A stretch of DNA of 64,000 nucleotides, from assembly GCA_965217115.1 (NCBI GenBank), contig OZ244239.1, forward strand, positions 32,001 through 96,000. The letters are read 5' to 3'. The number at the start of each line of letters is the position of its first letter. Position 1 is the stretch's first letter. The notes beneath the pieces were generated by a model. It was given only the letters and a program-made list of their open reading frames with translations. It was not told the DNA's origin and ran no database searches. This stretch comes from Bdellovibrionales bacterium (GTDB taxonomy: Bacteria > Bdellovibrionota > Bdellovibrionia > Bdellovibrionales > CAYMLA01). The translations under genes and the position numbers were made by a program. Shown here in pieces: positions 20,024 to 31,076 of this stretch.

Positions 20024-21868
20024 TTGAAATTTAGAGATGTTTGTAAATGTTTGCTATTGGTGTTGTTCTTTCTGACACTTCTGCGGTGTGGGTTTATTTC
20101 CTATGCTCACTCTGGGAATGTTTCTTTAGACAACGGCTTGTTTTTTAGGACTCTTCTTTGGGGTCTTCGTTATGATTTAGCCACAGTTCTTATCTTAAAT
20201 CTTCCTTTTATTTTGTTACATCAAGTGCTTTGGCGAAATCTACTAAAGTCATACTATGTTCTTATAAATGGAGGGCTGTTATTTTTAAATATAGTTGATA
20301 TCCCTTTATACACCTTTACTAATAAACGTATGACTGGAGATTTTATTTATTTTATTCAAGATGCTTGGCAGCAGTCCTGGCATCTGTTGTCGGATTTTTC
20401 TTTTATCCCCTTATTGGGAGGGTTGTTGTTCTTCCTATTATTAAAAGGTTCTTCTTTATTTTTTGAGAAACCATCCGTGAAGGATCAATTACTTGAGCCT
20501 TATGGGCTAAGTAAACGTTTTTTGATATTAGATTTTCTCCATTGGAAGCAGTTATTGAAGTTGACAGTGACTCTGGCATTTCTTGTTATTGCAATTAGAG
20601 GTGGTTTACAGAGTAAACCACTCTCGGTGGTGCATGCCCATACGCTGAAAAACTCTTTTGCCTCTTCAGCGGCTCAAAATACAGGGTTCTCCATTTTGCA
20701 AAGTTTGTATAAAGGGGGCATTAAGAAGTATCATTTCTTTTCTAGTAGAGATGAAGTATTAAAAATTCTTCGCCCGCAGTATTGTAAAAGTGATTTTCAT
20801 GGAAGAGGAAAGGGGTTTAACACGGTCGTGATCATTGTTGAGAGTCTTGCTCGTGAATACATGGGCTTGGGGAACGACTACAAAGGCTATACACCATTTC
20901 TAGATGAGCTAGCCAGTGAGAGTCTATTCTTTTCAAATACGGTTGCCAATGGGCAGAGATCTATTGAATCTCTACCAGCCATTTTAGCTTCAGTTCCACA
21001 TTTATTAAATGAGGCGTTTTCGACCACATCTTATATGCAGAATAGGTTTTCCAGTTTAGGGCAAATTTTAAATCACAGAGGCTATGAGACATCCTTTTTC
21101 CATGGAGGAAGAAATGGCACCATGTATTTTGATTCAACTGCAGCGAGGTTAGGGTTTGAAAAGTATTATGGATTAGATGAATACCCAAAGAGAGAGAGAG
21201 ATTTTGATGGTGCTTGGGGAATCTTTGATGGCCCTTTTTTACAGTTTTCATTAAAAGAGATGAGTCAACAAAGAGAGCCTTGGGCATCGGTGATGTTTAC
21301 TCTAAGCTCACACCATCCCTATAAAATCCCGAAAGGGCTTCAAGATCAATTTAAAGGTGGTCATTTAAAAATACACAAGAGCATAGAGTATGTTGATTGG
21401 GCTTTACGTGGTTTTTTTAAAAAGGCATCTCAGGAGCCTTGGTACAAGAGAACATTATTTGTAATAACAGGGGATCATACACAGAAGAACCATGAACCCG
21501 CCTATAGCACACGGGTTAAAAGGCGTCTTGTGCCACTTTACTTCTATCTGCCTGGTCAGGAAGACTTAAGAGGGGCTTTTTCTCAACAGGTGCAGCAATT
21601 AGATATTTTCCCATCTATTTTGGATATTCTGGGGGTATCTAGTAGAAGCTCTCTTCCTTTTTCCCAGTCTGTTTTTTCTGAGTGCTATGAGTCACGGGCG
21701 TTATTTTTTGAACAAGGGGCCTTTTGGTTAAGTGATGGTTCTGATTTGCTTAGATATGATGACAACGAGTCTAATTCTTCTCAGAACGGGAGAGATAAAG
21801 ATAAAGAGCGTCTATTGAAAGCGAGTTTGCAGTATTTCTTTAATGGCTTGATTGAAAATAATTGGTAA
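20024..21868 (+). CDS. LTA synthase/sulfatase family membrane protein (phosphoglycerol transferase-like)
   Basis: N-terminal TM segments, IRGG, IIVESL, TPFLD, TLSSHHPY, ITGDHT. Confidence 0.85.
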   Translation: MKFRDVCKCLLLVLFFLTLLRCGFISYAHSGNVSLDNGLFFRTLLWGLRYDLATVLILNLPFILLHQVLWRNLLKSYYVLINGGLLFLNIVDIPLYTFTNKRMTGDFIYFIQDAWQQSWHLLSDFSFIPLLGGLLFFLLLKGSSLFFEKPSVKDQLLEPYGLSKRFLILDFLHWKQLLKLTVTLAFLVIAIRGGLQSKPLSVVHAHTLKNSFASSAAQNTGFSILQSLYKGGIKKYHFFSSRDEVLKILRPQYCKSDFHGRGKGFNTVVIIVESLAREYMGLGNDYKGYTPFLDELASESLFFSNTVANGQRSIESLPAILASVPHLLNEAFSTTSYMQNRFSSLGQILNHRGYETSFFHGGRNGTMYFDSTAARLGFEKYYGLDEYPKRERDFDGAWGIFDGPFLQFSLKEMSQQREPWASVMFTLSSHHPYKIPKGLQDQFKGGHLKIHKSIEYVDWALRGFFKKASQEPWYKRTLFVITGDHTQKNHEPAYSTRVKRRLVPLYFYLPGQEDLRGAFSQQVQQLDIFPSILDILGVSSRSSLPFSQSVFSECYESRALFFEQGAFWLSDGSDLLRYDDNESNSSQNGRDKDKERLLKASLQYFFNGLIENNW

Positions 21869-21902
21869 TATTATCTAGTGTAACTATCGATGATTTTTTT
21901 GG

Positions 21903-24900
21903 TCATGGTAGAGTGTCGAGTAGGTAATCAAAATCTTCTCTAGAGATTCTATGGGACCCTTCTGTTGTGGGAGCACTTTGATCTTCTGTCTCCTTAAATA
22001 AGGCTGCAAATTTAGAGGCTTTTCGCTCTTTAAGAACTTCCACTTTTTCTTCGATACTCTCTTTCATCAGATAGCGATAAACAGTGATGGGCTTAGTTTG
22101 GCCGATACGGTGTGTTCTGTCTGTAGCCTGATTTTCAACAGCAGGATTCCACCAGGGTTCTAGGTGAAAAACATAACTAGCCTTGGTTAAGTTTAAGCCA
22201 GTACCACCAGTCTTAAGAGTCATAATAAAAACAGCCCCTGTTTTGCAATTATCAAAACCCTTTAAGGCCTCCTCACGTTTTTTTTGATTTAAGCTACCAT
22301 GTAAGACAAAGACAGGGATACCTTTTAGGGTTATTTCCTTTTCTAAACGCCGTAAAGTAGTAAGAAATTGAGTGAAGATGATAGCACTGTCATTGTTCTG
22401 AATAATGTCATCAATGGAGTCAGTGAGAGTAGATATCTTAGGAGGCAAATCTGGATAAGTCACATTGGGAATACTTGCAGGATCAGAACAGGCCTGTCTT
22501 AATCTAAGTAGGGCCGTAAGCATGATGATCTGAGTTTTTGCCTCTCCAACATTACTGATTGAGTCTTTTACTTTTGCCTGCCATGACATAGCCAAGTTCT
22601 TATAGATCATTTTCTGTTTTTCGCAGAATGGAATTTTAAGAATGATCTCCGTCTTTGGCGGTAGGTCCTTGAGAATTTGTGATTTAGTTCTTCTAAGAAT
22701 CAAAGGCTTAATCTGTAACTTTAAATGATGTATGTTTGAAGGTTGTACAGAATTTGATGAAACAAACATTTTCTTAAATTCAGACAAATCACCAAGACTG
22801 CCCGGCACAACAAGGTCCATTAGAGAGTAGAGTTCACCATAGTGATTCTCCATAGGAGTACCTGTTAGACAGAGTTTAAATTTAGCACTTATCTGCCTGG
22901 CCGCACAGGTTCTCTTAGCCGTGATATTTTTTAGATTTTGGGCCTCATCGTAAACATGTGAATTCCATTGAAATTGAGAAAAGAAATCTTGATTTTCAGT
23001 CAACAGACCATAGGTTGTAATAATCACGCAATGGTTGTTTATCTTTAGAAAATCAGTCAATTTCCCTTTTTCTTTGGAAGAGAATCTTATGATTGGGAGC
23101 TCTGGTGTGAACTTTTCGCTCTCACTGACCCAGTTATAGGTTAAAGAGGTTGGGACGATAACTAGATTATAGCCTAGTTTGTTCTTTGAGCGCAAAAACT
23201 CAAAGAAAGAGAGCGCCTGAACTGTTTTACCTAAGCCCATATCATCAGCCAGAATTCCTCCTAGGCCAAGATTGTAGAGGTCTAAAATCCAATTCAAGCC
23301 ATTGTCTTGATAGGGTTTCAAGTTTGCTCGAAAAGAATCGGGTAGATTTAGAGGTTGCCGTGGTTTGTCTAAGTTATCATAAAATTCACAGATCTGCTTC
23401 CAGCGTTTATTTCCGGTAATAGGAATACCAGTGGCTCTTAATGCTAATAGATCGAGAATTTGATGGCGTGGTAACATAAAATAGGATGAATCATCCAAAT
23501 CTTTCCGTGGCATTCTCTTCCAAAACCACTGAAGTGCCTTAAGAGTAGGAACGTCATTAGTGTCGTTAAGGATATAGAATTTACCTTGATGATCAAGAGC
23601 ACTTTCTTCGAGTAAATGATAAATTTGATCAGGAGAAACTTTTCCCTTATTGAGAAAAAATTCTGGATCAAGAGCAAACCAGTCAATGTTATCGTGACCT
23701 TCTCTCTCGACCAAATGTAGGTGACCAGAAAAATTCTTGTCTGTTATAAAGTACACCTCCAAGCCTTTGTAGTAACAGACAACATTATCTTCTGAGCTGT
23801 AGTATTTCCAAGGAGAGAGAGTCCACTTATTTAGCTCATCATCCCTTAATAGAGGATAGGAGTGAGCTTCTTGAGTATTGCTGGCAATAGAAAATTTTGG
23901 AAATTCTTCTATCACAGGAGTAAAACTTTTATTCTGTCTTGTTAGACATTGTTCCCTTGTACTATCACAGACACTCTTGAGCCAATTCTTAATAAACTGT
24001 AAATGCAACAGATGTGCTTTTGGAATTTGATACAGATTTTTTTTATAAAGAAAATTAACAGGAGCTAAGGCTTGTTTAATCAACTCAATCGTTCCATCAG
24101 TGAAATTCTGGATAAGAAGGTGAGAGCAGACACTTTTTATGGAATTCTTTCTTGGCATTGAAGGCGTGTTCGAATAACTGAATATGATATGGGCCATTTT
24201 CTTGAAAATAGGTTCAAGAATCTGACGGGCCATAGATTCATTGATTTGTTCGTTGTTGTAGAGGCTATCTTCATTATCGAGAAGCCATTGAATTAGCTCT
24301 GTGACAAAAATGAATGACAAACCCCGATGTTTAAAGACTCGTAGATCCATATCTCGAATAATGTCTTTACGACGTGTTCTAATTTTACTCTCTTTCATAC
24401 AGGGAAAGGATTTAAACCCATTAGCCAGAATTTCGACTAAAGAATGTTGAAAACCAGTGAGATTAGATAGCCACAATGTTTCATCAGAGAGTTGAATTTT
24501 TAATGATACTACACATCGGTTGTCATCAAAAAAATAATGAGGCTTTACTTTGTCGTGAGAGATAGTGATTGAATCTTGAGATACTCGGAAGTTCACATGA
24601 TTATTTTCGCAGAGGTGCTGTAGATTATTAATAACAGGCGAAACGGAGTCAAATTGAGTAAGATCGATTTCAAACCATTTAGGTTTTAGCAGTGGCATCT
24701 GTGGAGAGTCTTCTTGAGTTTTTAAGTATCTATAAATAAAGCTGGAAAAAGGATGGAAATACAGTTGTAGGGAATTTTGATCGTATAAGCCATTAAGAAA
24801 GGAAATTTTATCTTTAAAGATATTCTGGCTAAAAGAAACGGTCGAGCTTTTTTTCTGGGCGCGTAGCATCTTAAGGTTGAGTTCCCAGTGGGTTGCATGA

Positions 24901-25934
24901 ACTTTCTTTTGACTACCGATTTGCCTCTCTTGAGGGAGGGTATTGTGACCTGCTTGTGCGAACGAGATATGATTTAGGGGGAAGATATAAAATTGGTGGA
25001 TTGTCTCTAATGCAAAATAGGTGTTGATTCGATGCTGCTGTCTTGTTTTAAGAGCATTCCATAAAATAGATATGGCTGCTGAGTATTTATTGCGATTTAC
25101 TTCTGTTCGCTCATAGGTCTTAATGTAGGGGTCTAAATGACTAAGAATAATTTTTGAAGGAAGCAGGTCCTTATGAAGAATCCTTGCATGGGGGTGAAAG
25201 TGAATTTTATTTAGATTCAACTGAGTGCCATCTGAAAACACATATATTAAATCGTAAAAAGATTGCTGTATCTTTTTATGGAGGCCCATAGTTGGTGGGA
25301 TGTTGACTGGAGATGGAACATTCTTAGCATTGAAGAAAGAGTTGACGGGCTGGCTTTCAAAAAGACCTGGATTATTTTCTTCTTTAATAAGGATGTTTTG
25401 ATGGGATTCGAGGCCATCAACAGAGGAGTTCTCTAAAATATTTTGGTCTACCTTTATGGTAAAGATAATTTTTTGTAATTTTGTTCCAGTGCCCTCTAAC
25501 TCTCCTTTAAGAAGAATTTTCTCCATCTGTATCATCATTTGCGAAAATTCGTCTGTGTGAAATACTTTCCACATGAGTAACTCTGCGGCTCCTATAACGG
25601 ATGCCATCTCTACCTGTGAGAGTTCTTCCTCTAAACATAGGGCAGTAATAGTTGGCGTACAAAGTTCATGACTTTGGTAGTGTTCAAGATTAAAATTAAA
25701 GCTAATAGCAACGTGATTGAGAACAACTCCTCTTAGAGATATGAGATTCGGAGTTTCTATGAGCTGTAATTTGGTCGATTGGTCAAAGGTTTTTAAAATT
25801 TCTTGAAGGTTCCCATCGGATAAACCTTGTTCCTGCAATTTCTCTCGCAAGTCGCTGAATTGACTGGGTAACCAAGCAAGGAGACTTTTTTCCAACCAAT
25901 CGGCGTACTGTAAATGGGAGAGCTTTTGAGACAT
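21903..25934 (-). CDS. SNF2/RapA-family helicase with long uncharacterised N-terminus
   Basis: GILADDMGLGKT, DEAQ, LTGTPMEN, LRRTK, EPWWNPAVENQATDRTHRIGQ; probable ATG 25934 (ORF extends to 25982). Confidence 0.9.
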   Translation of the reverse strand: MSQKLSHLQYADWLEKSLLAWLPSQFSDLREKLQEQGLSDGNLQEILKTFDQSTKLQLIETPNLISLRGVVLNHVAISFNFNLEHYQSHELCTPTITALCLEEELSQVEMASVIGAAELLMWKVFHTDEFSQMMIQMEKILLKGELEGTGTKLQKIIFTIKVDQNILENSSVDGLESHQNILIKEENNPGLFESQPVNSFFNAKNVPSPVNIPPTMGLHKKIQQSFYDLIYVFSDGTQLNLNKIHFHPHARILHKDLLPSKIILSHLDPYIKTYERTEVNRNKYSAAISILWNALKTRQQHRINTYFALETIHQFYIFPLNHISFAQAGHNTLPQERQIGSQKKVHATHWELNLKMLRAQKKSSTVSFSQNIFKDKISFLNGLYDQNSLQLYFHPFSSFIYRYLKTQEDSPQMPLLKPKWFEIDLTQFDSVSPVINNLQHLCENNHVNFRVSQDSITISHDKVKPHYFFDDNRCVVSLKIQLSDETLWLSNLTGFQHSLVEILANGFKSFPCMKESKIRTRRKDIIRDMDLRVFKHRGLSFIFVTELIQWLLDNEDSLYNNEQINESMARQILEPIFKKMAHIIFSYSNTPSMPRKNSIKSVCSHLLIQNFTDGTIELIKQALAPVNFLYKKNLYQIPKAHLLHLQFIKNWLKSVCDSTREQCLTRQNKSFTPVIEEFPKFSIASNTQEAHSYPLLRDDELNKWTLSPWKYYSSEDNVVCYYKGLEVYFITDKNFSGHLHLVEREGHDNIDWFALDPEFFLNKGKVSPDQIYHLLEESALDHQGKFYILNDTNDVPTLKALQWFWKRMPRKDLDDSSYFMLPRHQILDLLALRATGIPITGNKRWKQICEFYDNLDKPRQPLNLPDSFRANLKPYQDNGLNWILDLYNLGLGGILADDMGLGKTVQALSFFEFLRSKNKLGYNLVIVPTSLTYNWVSESEKFTPELPIIRFSSKEKGKLTDFLKINNHCVIITTYGLLTENQDFFSQFQWNSHVYDEAQNLKNITAKRTCAARQISAKFKLCLTGTPMENHYGELYSLMDLVVPGSLGDLSEFKKMFVSSNSVQPSNIHHLKLQIKPLILRRTKSQILKDLPPKTEIILKIPFCEKQKMIYKNLAMSWQAKVKDSISNVGEAKTQIIMLTALLRLRQACSDPASIPNVTYPDLPPKISTLTDSIDDIIQNNDSAIIFTQFLTTLRRLEKEITLKGIPVFVLHGSLNQKKREEALKGFDNCKTGAVFIMTLKTGGTGLNLTKASYVFHLEPWWNPAVENQATDRTHRIGQTKPITVYRYLMKESIEEKVEVLKERKASKFAALFKETEDQSAPTTEGSHRISREDFDYLLDTLP

Positions 25935-26038
25935 TCGAGCAGTGTAACAAAGGAACTTTATGAGTTCAATGGAACATTTCAATTCATTGGAAGAATCATC
26001 TTTTATTGAATAACTGTTGTTTCTATAGAAATAAGATG

Positions 26039-27415
26039 TTAATGGGCGTCTGGCTGAGTTTTTGCTTTATACTGATTGAGAATTTCTGAATAATTCTTTA
26101 TATCGTCTACAAATTTAACAGCATGGGTTCCCTGGGCATAGCCGTTTTTAAGGTTTTTATTGAAGCGAGAATTAACGAGTTTGGACAATGCTTCACGAAC
26201 GGAAATCCAGTTGTAGGAGAAGTGGGGGCTTTTTTTGGCTAAATAAATAGCATCTTCTACATGGGCTAATCCGATTTTATAGGCAGCCAAGGCGACCCAG
26301 ATTAGGTCAGCTCCGAATTCCTTAGGCAAGCGATTCATTTGAATTTTAAGAAGCTGAATATGTTCCTCTAGGGATTCTTTTTGTATCGATGTCCCAAGGG
26401 TGGTTCGCGAGGTGATCCCGAGAGGGTCCCTCTGTGAGGTGGGTGAGGACCACTGGGTTTCGGCGTAATCAAGAGATGCAATGAATATCCAAGGAAGAGC
26501 TGTTTTCTGTGAAATTTTTTGAAAGCTAAATTTACGCTGAGAGAGTTCATCTTTAATTTTTTGATGAAGCTGCTGTGTGTACTGTGTATTAGAGAGAGGT
26601 GCATGGGCATAGTATTTATCGAGAATATTTTTAATTAATTTTTTTGTCGATTTTAATGAGAACCATTGAGAGACCTTTCGATTGAGCGATGGAGTTTTGG
26701 GGCTCAATGCCCAAGAGAGTTCTTGGGTGGAGGACATAGGTCGTTGGACCTTAAGCTCAGGAAAAAATCTTTGATTAATAATAATGATATTGGAGTCAGC
26801 TATTGTGCAATCCACTTTGCGCTGAGAAACTCTGGAGAGAATTTCTTCAGTGGAGAGTTCAGTACTGGATTGCCATTTGAGCCAAGGGTATTTATTTTTT
26901 TTCAGATGAATAAGATTTTCTTCGTAACTTGTTCCGGAAGAGATAAGGAGTGTTTTGTCTTTTAGTTCAGAGACCTTTTTTATAGAGAGACTTTTATAAC
27001 AGACGAGCTGTTGACGTATTTTCTGATAACTAGGGCTAAAGTTGAGAAACTGTTTTCTTTTGTTGGTAATAGTGAGGCCAGCCGCGGCGATGTGCCATTG
27101 ATCTCTCTGAAAGCCTTCGATAATCTCTTGAGTTGTGTTGACAGTTTGAAACTCAATCTCTCTTCCTAAGTATTGAGAAAATGCCGTGATCATCTCTGTC
27201 TCAGGTCCCATCCACTGTCCTTTGGGATGCCTATAGCGAGTCGTAGGACCATTACGGGTGACGACACGAAGAGTTGATGATTGCAGAAATTCTTCGTCAG
27301 GATTTTGTGGCTGCTGTGTGCAGCTGGTGACAAGAACTGAGATAAAATACACGATAATGATTGTTGAGATCACTTTGGTAAGAGAGAGCATTTGATCACT
27401 CTGACACAGTTCCAT
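26039..27415 (-). CDS. MltF-like protein (SBP family 3 domain plus divergent SLT domain)
   Basis: LRVVTRNGPT, IAAAGLT, TIADS, ALAAYKIGLAHVEDA, GYAQG resemble MltF. Confidence 0.7.
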   Translation of the reverse strand: MELCQSDQMLSLTKVISTIIIVYFISVLVTSCTQQPQNPDEEFLQSSTLRVVTRNGPTTRYRHPKGQWMGPETEMITAFSQYLGREIEFQTVNTTQEIIEGFQRDQWHIAAAGLTITNKRKQFLNFSPSYQKIRQQLVCYKSLSIKKVSELKDKTLLISSGTSYEENLIHLKKNKYPWLKWQSSTELSTEEILSRVSQRKVDCTIADSNIIIINQRFFPELKVQRPMSSTQELSWALSPKTPSLNRKVSQWFSLKSTKKLIKNILDKYYAHAPLSNTQYTQQLHQKIKDELSQRKFSFQKISQKTALPWIFIASLDYAETQWSSPTSQRDPLGITSRTTLGTSIQKESLEEHIQLLKIQMNRLPKEFGADLIWVALAAYKIGLAHVEDAIYLAKKSPHFSYNWISVREALSKLVNSRFNKNLKNGYAQGTHAVKFVDDIKNYSEILNQYKAKTQPDAH

Positions 27416-27484
27416 ATTTGGGTCAAAGTAACCATTTAGGTGTGTTTAAAAAAATATTCTAAAATACACTTAAATGGTTGCGAG

Positions 27485-28843
27485 TCAAAATGTGGAACCA
27501 AAAAATGCCAAACCAGCAGTGGCTAGACCGAGAAATGAAAAGAAGCCAAAGATATCGGTTAAGGTTGTAACAAGAACACCACTACCAATGGCGGGGTCAC
27601 GACCACTTTTCTTTAAATATATAGGGACTAAAGCTCCAATGATAGAAGCAATAAAAGCGTTAACGATCATGGCGATACAAATAACAAACGCTACAAGAAG
27701 GTTCGATTTCCAAAAATAAACTAGGAACCCAGTCGCTATGCCTATGATAACTCCTAGGGAGACACCAACATAGGCTTCTTTTAAGACGGCTTTACGAATG
27801 CTGATGAAATCAAAGTCTCCCGTGGCGAGTCCACGCGTTACGACAGTGAGTGTCTGTACAGCTGTGTTACCCCCAAGGCCAGCGACTATATTATTTAATG
27901 AGGCAAGAATAATTAATTGGCTCATGGTATTCTCAAACAAACTAACCACTGAACTGGCAATGGCGGCAAGAAAGAGATTGAGGAACATCCATGGCAGGCG
28001 TCCACGTAAACTGGTTTTTGCAGGACTGTAGACTCGATCACCCTCTTGGAGTCCTACAGAAGCGTAAATATTAGCGGTGGCTTGCTCTTCGATCACATCT
28101 AAGACATCATCCACGGTAATAAGGCCGATGAGACGATCTTCTTTATTGATAACGGGTATAGCAATATAATCATAATGGCTAACGATCCGTGCAACGTCTT
28201 CTTGAGAACTGTCTGGGGAGACAGTGACAAGATCAGACTTAAAGAGTTTCTTTAAGTGTGTCTCGGCAGGTGCTGTCGCAAGAGCGCGTAGGGAAATAAC
28301 ACCCACTAAACGTCTGTCCTCATCGACACAATATATGTAATAGATAGACTCTATCTGCGCCCGCTTACGTAACTCTGTAAGTCCTTCAGCCGCGGTGAGA
28401 TGGCTACTAAGGGAGAAGAAGTCAGTGTGCATGAGTTGACCTGCTGAGCCATCAGTGTAGTTCAGCAGTTGACGCAATTTGTCTCGTTTGACTTCATTGA
28501 GCCTCTCAAGCATTTGCTGTCGCTCTTCTTCAGGGAATTGTTTAAGAAACTGGGCGGCATCACCCTCAGGAGAATTCGTAAATATAGAGGTTAATTCCAG
28601 ATCGTTCAGTCCACCTAGGACTTGTTTGAGCTGAGGGGCTGGCAGCTCCATAAGAGTGATACTTATGCGATTGATTGAAACAAGAGCATTTACAAGTAAG
28701 CGACTCTCCCTGTCATTTAGGAGAGAAAACAAGGAGGCTAAGTCTGCAGGGGGGATTTTATTTAAAATTCCCTGGAGAGGTCTGCTATTACGACCGACGA
28801 GGAGTCTTTTTATAATGGAGATATTTGTTGAATTCAGGTTCAA
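27485..28843 (-). CDS. mgtE: Magnesium transporter MgtE
   Basis: SAGQLM, CBS pair (YYIYCVD, GLITVDDV), RLPW, GGN, DPA, TTLTD. Confidence 0.93.
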   Translation of the reverse strand: MNLNSTNISIIKRLLVGRNSRPLQGILNKIPPADLASLFSLLNDRESRLLVNALVSINRISITLMELPAPQLKQVLGGLNDLELTSIFTNSPEGDAAQFLKQFPEEERQQMLERLNEVKRDKLRQLLNYTDGSAGQLMHTDFFSLSSHLTAAEGLTELRKRAQIESIYYIYCVDEDRRLVGVISLRALATAPAETHLKKLFKSDLVTVSPDSSQEDVARIVSHYDYIAIPVINKEDRLIGLITVDDVLDVIEEQATANIYASVGLQEGDRVYSPAKTSLRGRLPWMFLNLFLAAIASSVVSLFENTMSQLIILASLNNIVAGLGGNTAVQTLTVVTRGLATGDFDFISIRKAVLKEAYVGVSLGVIIGIATGFLVYFWKSNLLVAFVICIAMIVNAFIASIIGALVPIYLKKSGRDPAIGSGVLVTTLTDIFGFFSFLGLATAGLAFFGSTF

Positions 28844-29037
28844 AAGTGCCTCTAACTATTGTGTTTATACAAAAAGCCAATTATAATATCACCGTCGGTT
28901 TCTTTAAACCTGATGGCTTGATACTAAATTGGTCTGAGTTGATTTATTATACCTTTAGACTTTTTCCAGGGCTATCATTAATTTTTTTGATTCCTTTTTG
29001 AAGGAATTTTATAAATTTATATCTAGGGGAGTCCATT

Positions 29038-29517
29038 ATGGCTGAAAAAAATCTACCTATTACAGTGCTTGGTAAAGAATTGCTAGAAACTGAATTAAAG
29101 CGTTTAATATCTGAAGAACGTCCGTCGGTGATCAGAGCGATCGAAGAGGCAAGGGCCCATGGTGATCTTAGTGAAAATGCAGAGTATGATGCTGCTAAAG
29201 AAAGACAAGCCTTAGTTGAGGGGCGTATTCAAGATATTCAGAGTAAATTAGCTGGAGTGGATGTTATAGATCCCAGCCGAATTAAGTCAGAGGTCGTGGT
29301 TTTTGGAGCCCATGTTCTTGTTCGAGACTTGGAGGCAGACGAAGAGAAAACCTATCAAATTGTTGGAATGGATGAAGCCGACGTAAAACAGGGGAAGATA
29401 TCTATTATTTCTCCCTTGGCTCGTGCAATGATTGGCAAGAAAGGCGGTGACGTGTTTGTTCTTATTAGTCCTAAGGCTGAGAAAGAGTATGAAATTATAA
29501 AGCTATACTTTAAATAA
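29038..29517 (+). CDS. greA: Transcription elongation factor GreA
   Basis: ARAHGDLSENAEYDAAKE, ISIISPLARAMIGK. Confidence 0.96.
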   Translation: MAEKNLPITVLGKELLETELKRLISEERPSVIRAIEEARAHGDLSENAEYDAAKERQALVEGRIQDIQSKLAGVDVIDPSRIKSEVVVFGAHVLVRDLEADEEKTYQIVGMDEADVKQGKISIISPLARAMIGKKGGDVFVLISPKAEKEYEIIKLYFK

Positions 29518-29520
29518 GAT

Positions 29521-30231
29521 ATGCTTGTTCGTCGAGCGCAATCGTGGCCTGAAAATTTAATTTTACCTAAGAGACAACTCCATCGCGGTGGCCAGATGGG
29601 TTTCCATGAAAATACGCTACCTGCTTTTAGAGAGGCTAGGCGTTTGAATGCCGAGATGCTGGAGTTAGATGTTATTTTGAGTGGGGATGGGACGCCCTAT
29701 GTATGCCATGATTATAACTTGCAGAGGGTGTTTAATGTCGATTGTGAGATCAGACAAACCTGTGACGGAAATATAGAGAAGCTAGGTCTAATACCTTCTT
29801 TAAAGGAGGTTTTGTTAGCAGAGGACATCCCCAGCTTTTTAAATATTGAAATCAAATCAGATCAGATTCTTGATAGAAATACGGTGGTAAAGGTTGCAGA
29901 GGTTGTAAGAGAACACGGTCAAAATAAGAAGGTTCTATTTTCAAGTTTTAACCCGATGGTGTTGTTTCACCTCTCATTGGAATTACCCCTGATCCCCAGG
30001 GGTTTGCTAATAACAGACCCAAGTGAAGTTCATTTTATGTTGCGGTCCTTCTTGTGGACTTATGTAGCAAAGGCCCATCTTGTTCATATTCGCTATGATT
30101 TATTAGATGCTCAAGTGATACATTTTTGGAAAGATCATGGTTATCAAGTGGCTGCCTGGACAGTCAATGACTTAGATGTTGAAAAGAAGTTGTTCGCAAT
30201 GGGACTTGATAGTGTGATTTCTGATTATTAG
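29521..30231 (+). CDS. Glycerophosphodiester phosphodiesterase family protein
   Basis: HRG, ENTLPAF, ELDV, HD, NIEIK, SSF, WTVN, ISD. Confidence 0.88.
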   Translation: MLVRRAQSWPENLILPKRQLHRGGQMGFHENTLPAFREARRLNAEMLELDVILSGDGTPYVCHDYNLQRVFNVDCEIRQTCDGNIEKLGLIPSLKEVLLAEDIPSFLNIEIKSDQILDRNTVVKVAEVVREHGQNKKVLFSSFNPMVLFHLSLELPLIPRGLLITDPSEVHFMLRSFLWTYVAKAHLVHIRYDLLDAQVIHFWKDHGYQVAAWTVNDLDVEKKLFAMGLDSVISDY

Positions 30232-30291
30232 AGTCAGTAAATAATTTGTAATCATTCAAGTGGGTGTTAAAAAAACTCCTCTTCTGGTTTT

Positions 30292-31005
30292 TTAAAAATC
30301 GGTTATTGTTAGATAAATTCTAGAGACATCGTCTTGATCGTCTAATTTTTCTAGAAACGTCACGACGTCTTTTTTTTGTTCTTCAGGGAGTTTAGTTATA
30401 TTTGTTGGTTTATAACTGAGTTCTGCAATAGAGATATTCCATCCACGTTCATCGAGAGTTTTTCTCACATGATCGACATCATTTGTATCGGTATAGAAGG
30501 TCCATGTATTATCTTCGTCACCTTCTTCGACTTCGTTGGCTCCTCCCTCGATGGCTTCTTCTTCAGGGTCATTAACTGAGTCTTTAGTGCCGACAACTTT
30601 TCCGACTTTTTCAAACATCCATGCGACACTGCCAGGTTCTCCGATACTGCCACCATTTTTATTAAAGATGTTTTTAATTTCGGATGCAGTGCGATTGCGA
30701 TTCTCAGTTTGGCAGAGAACCAGAACTCCTACTTTGTGTGGAGTGTGGCCTTCATATAAGAGTTCCTCCATAATATAATCACCGTCTAACTGACCAGAGC
30801 CTTTTTTAATCGCTCTCTCGATGGTGTCTCTTGGACAAGAAACTTTTCTGGCGGCATCGACAGCCATACGCAAGCGTGCATTGGCGCCGGGGTCGGGGCC
30901 ACCTAATTTAGCAGCGACAGTGATCTCTTTAGCTAGCTTAGTGAACTGTGCACCTTTTTTTTGAGCATTGGCGAGCATTCCTGCTTTTTTCCAACTTTTT
31001 CCCAT
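30292..31005 (-). CDS. YebC/PmpR family protein
   Basis: FTKLAKEITVAAKLGGPDP..NARLR, IERAIKKG, YEG, TENRNRT, GSVAWMF. Confidence 0.93.
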   Translation of the reverse strand: MGKSWKKAGMLANAQKKGAQFTKLAKEITVAAKLGGPDPGANARLRMAVDAARKVSCPRDTIERAIKKGSGQLDGDYIMEELLYEGHTPHKVGVLVLCQTENRNRTASEIKNIFNKNGGSIGEPGSVAWMFEKVGKVVGTKDSVNDPEEEAIEGGANEVEEGDEDNTWTFYTDTNDVDHVRKTLDERGWNISIAELSYKPTNITKLPEEQKKDVVTFLEKLDDQDDVSRIYLTITDF

Positions 31006-31076
31006 AAAAATTCTCCTGTTCTTATGACAGCCTAGAATCTACATGAAGATAGAAAATCTGGCAATAATCAAAGAGT

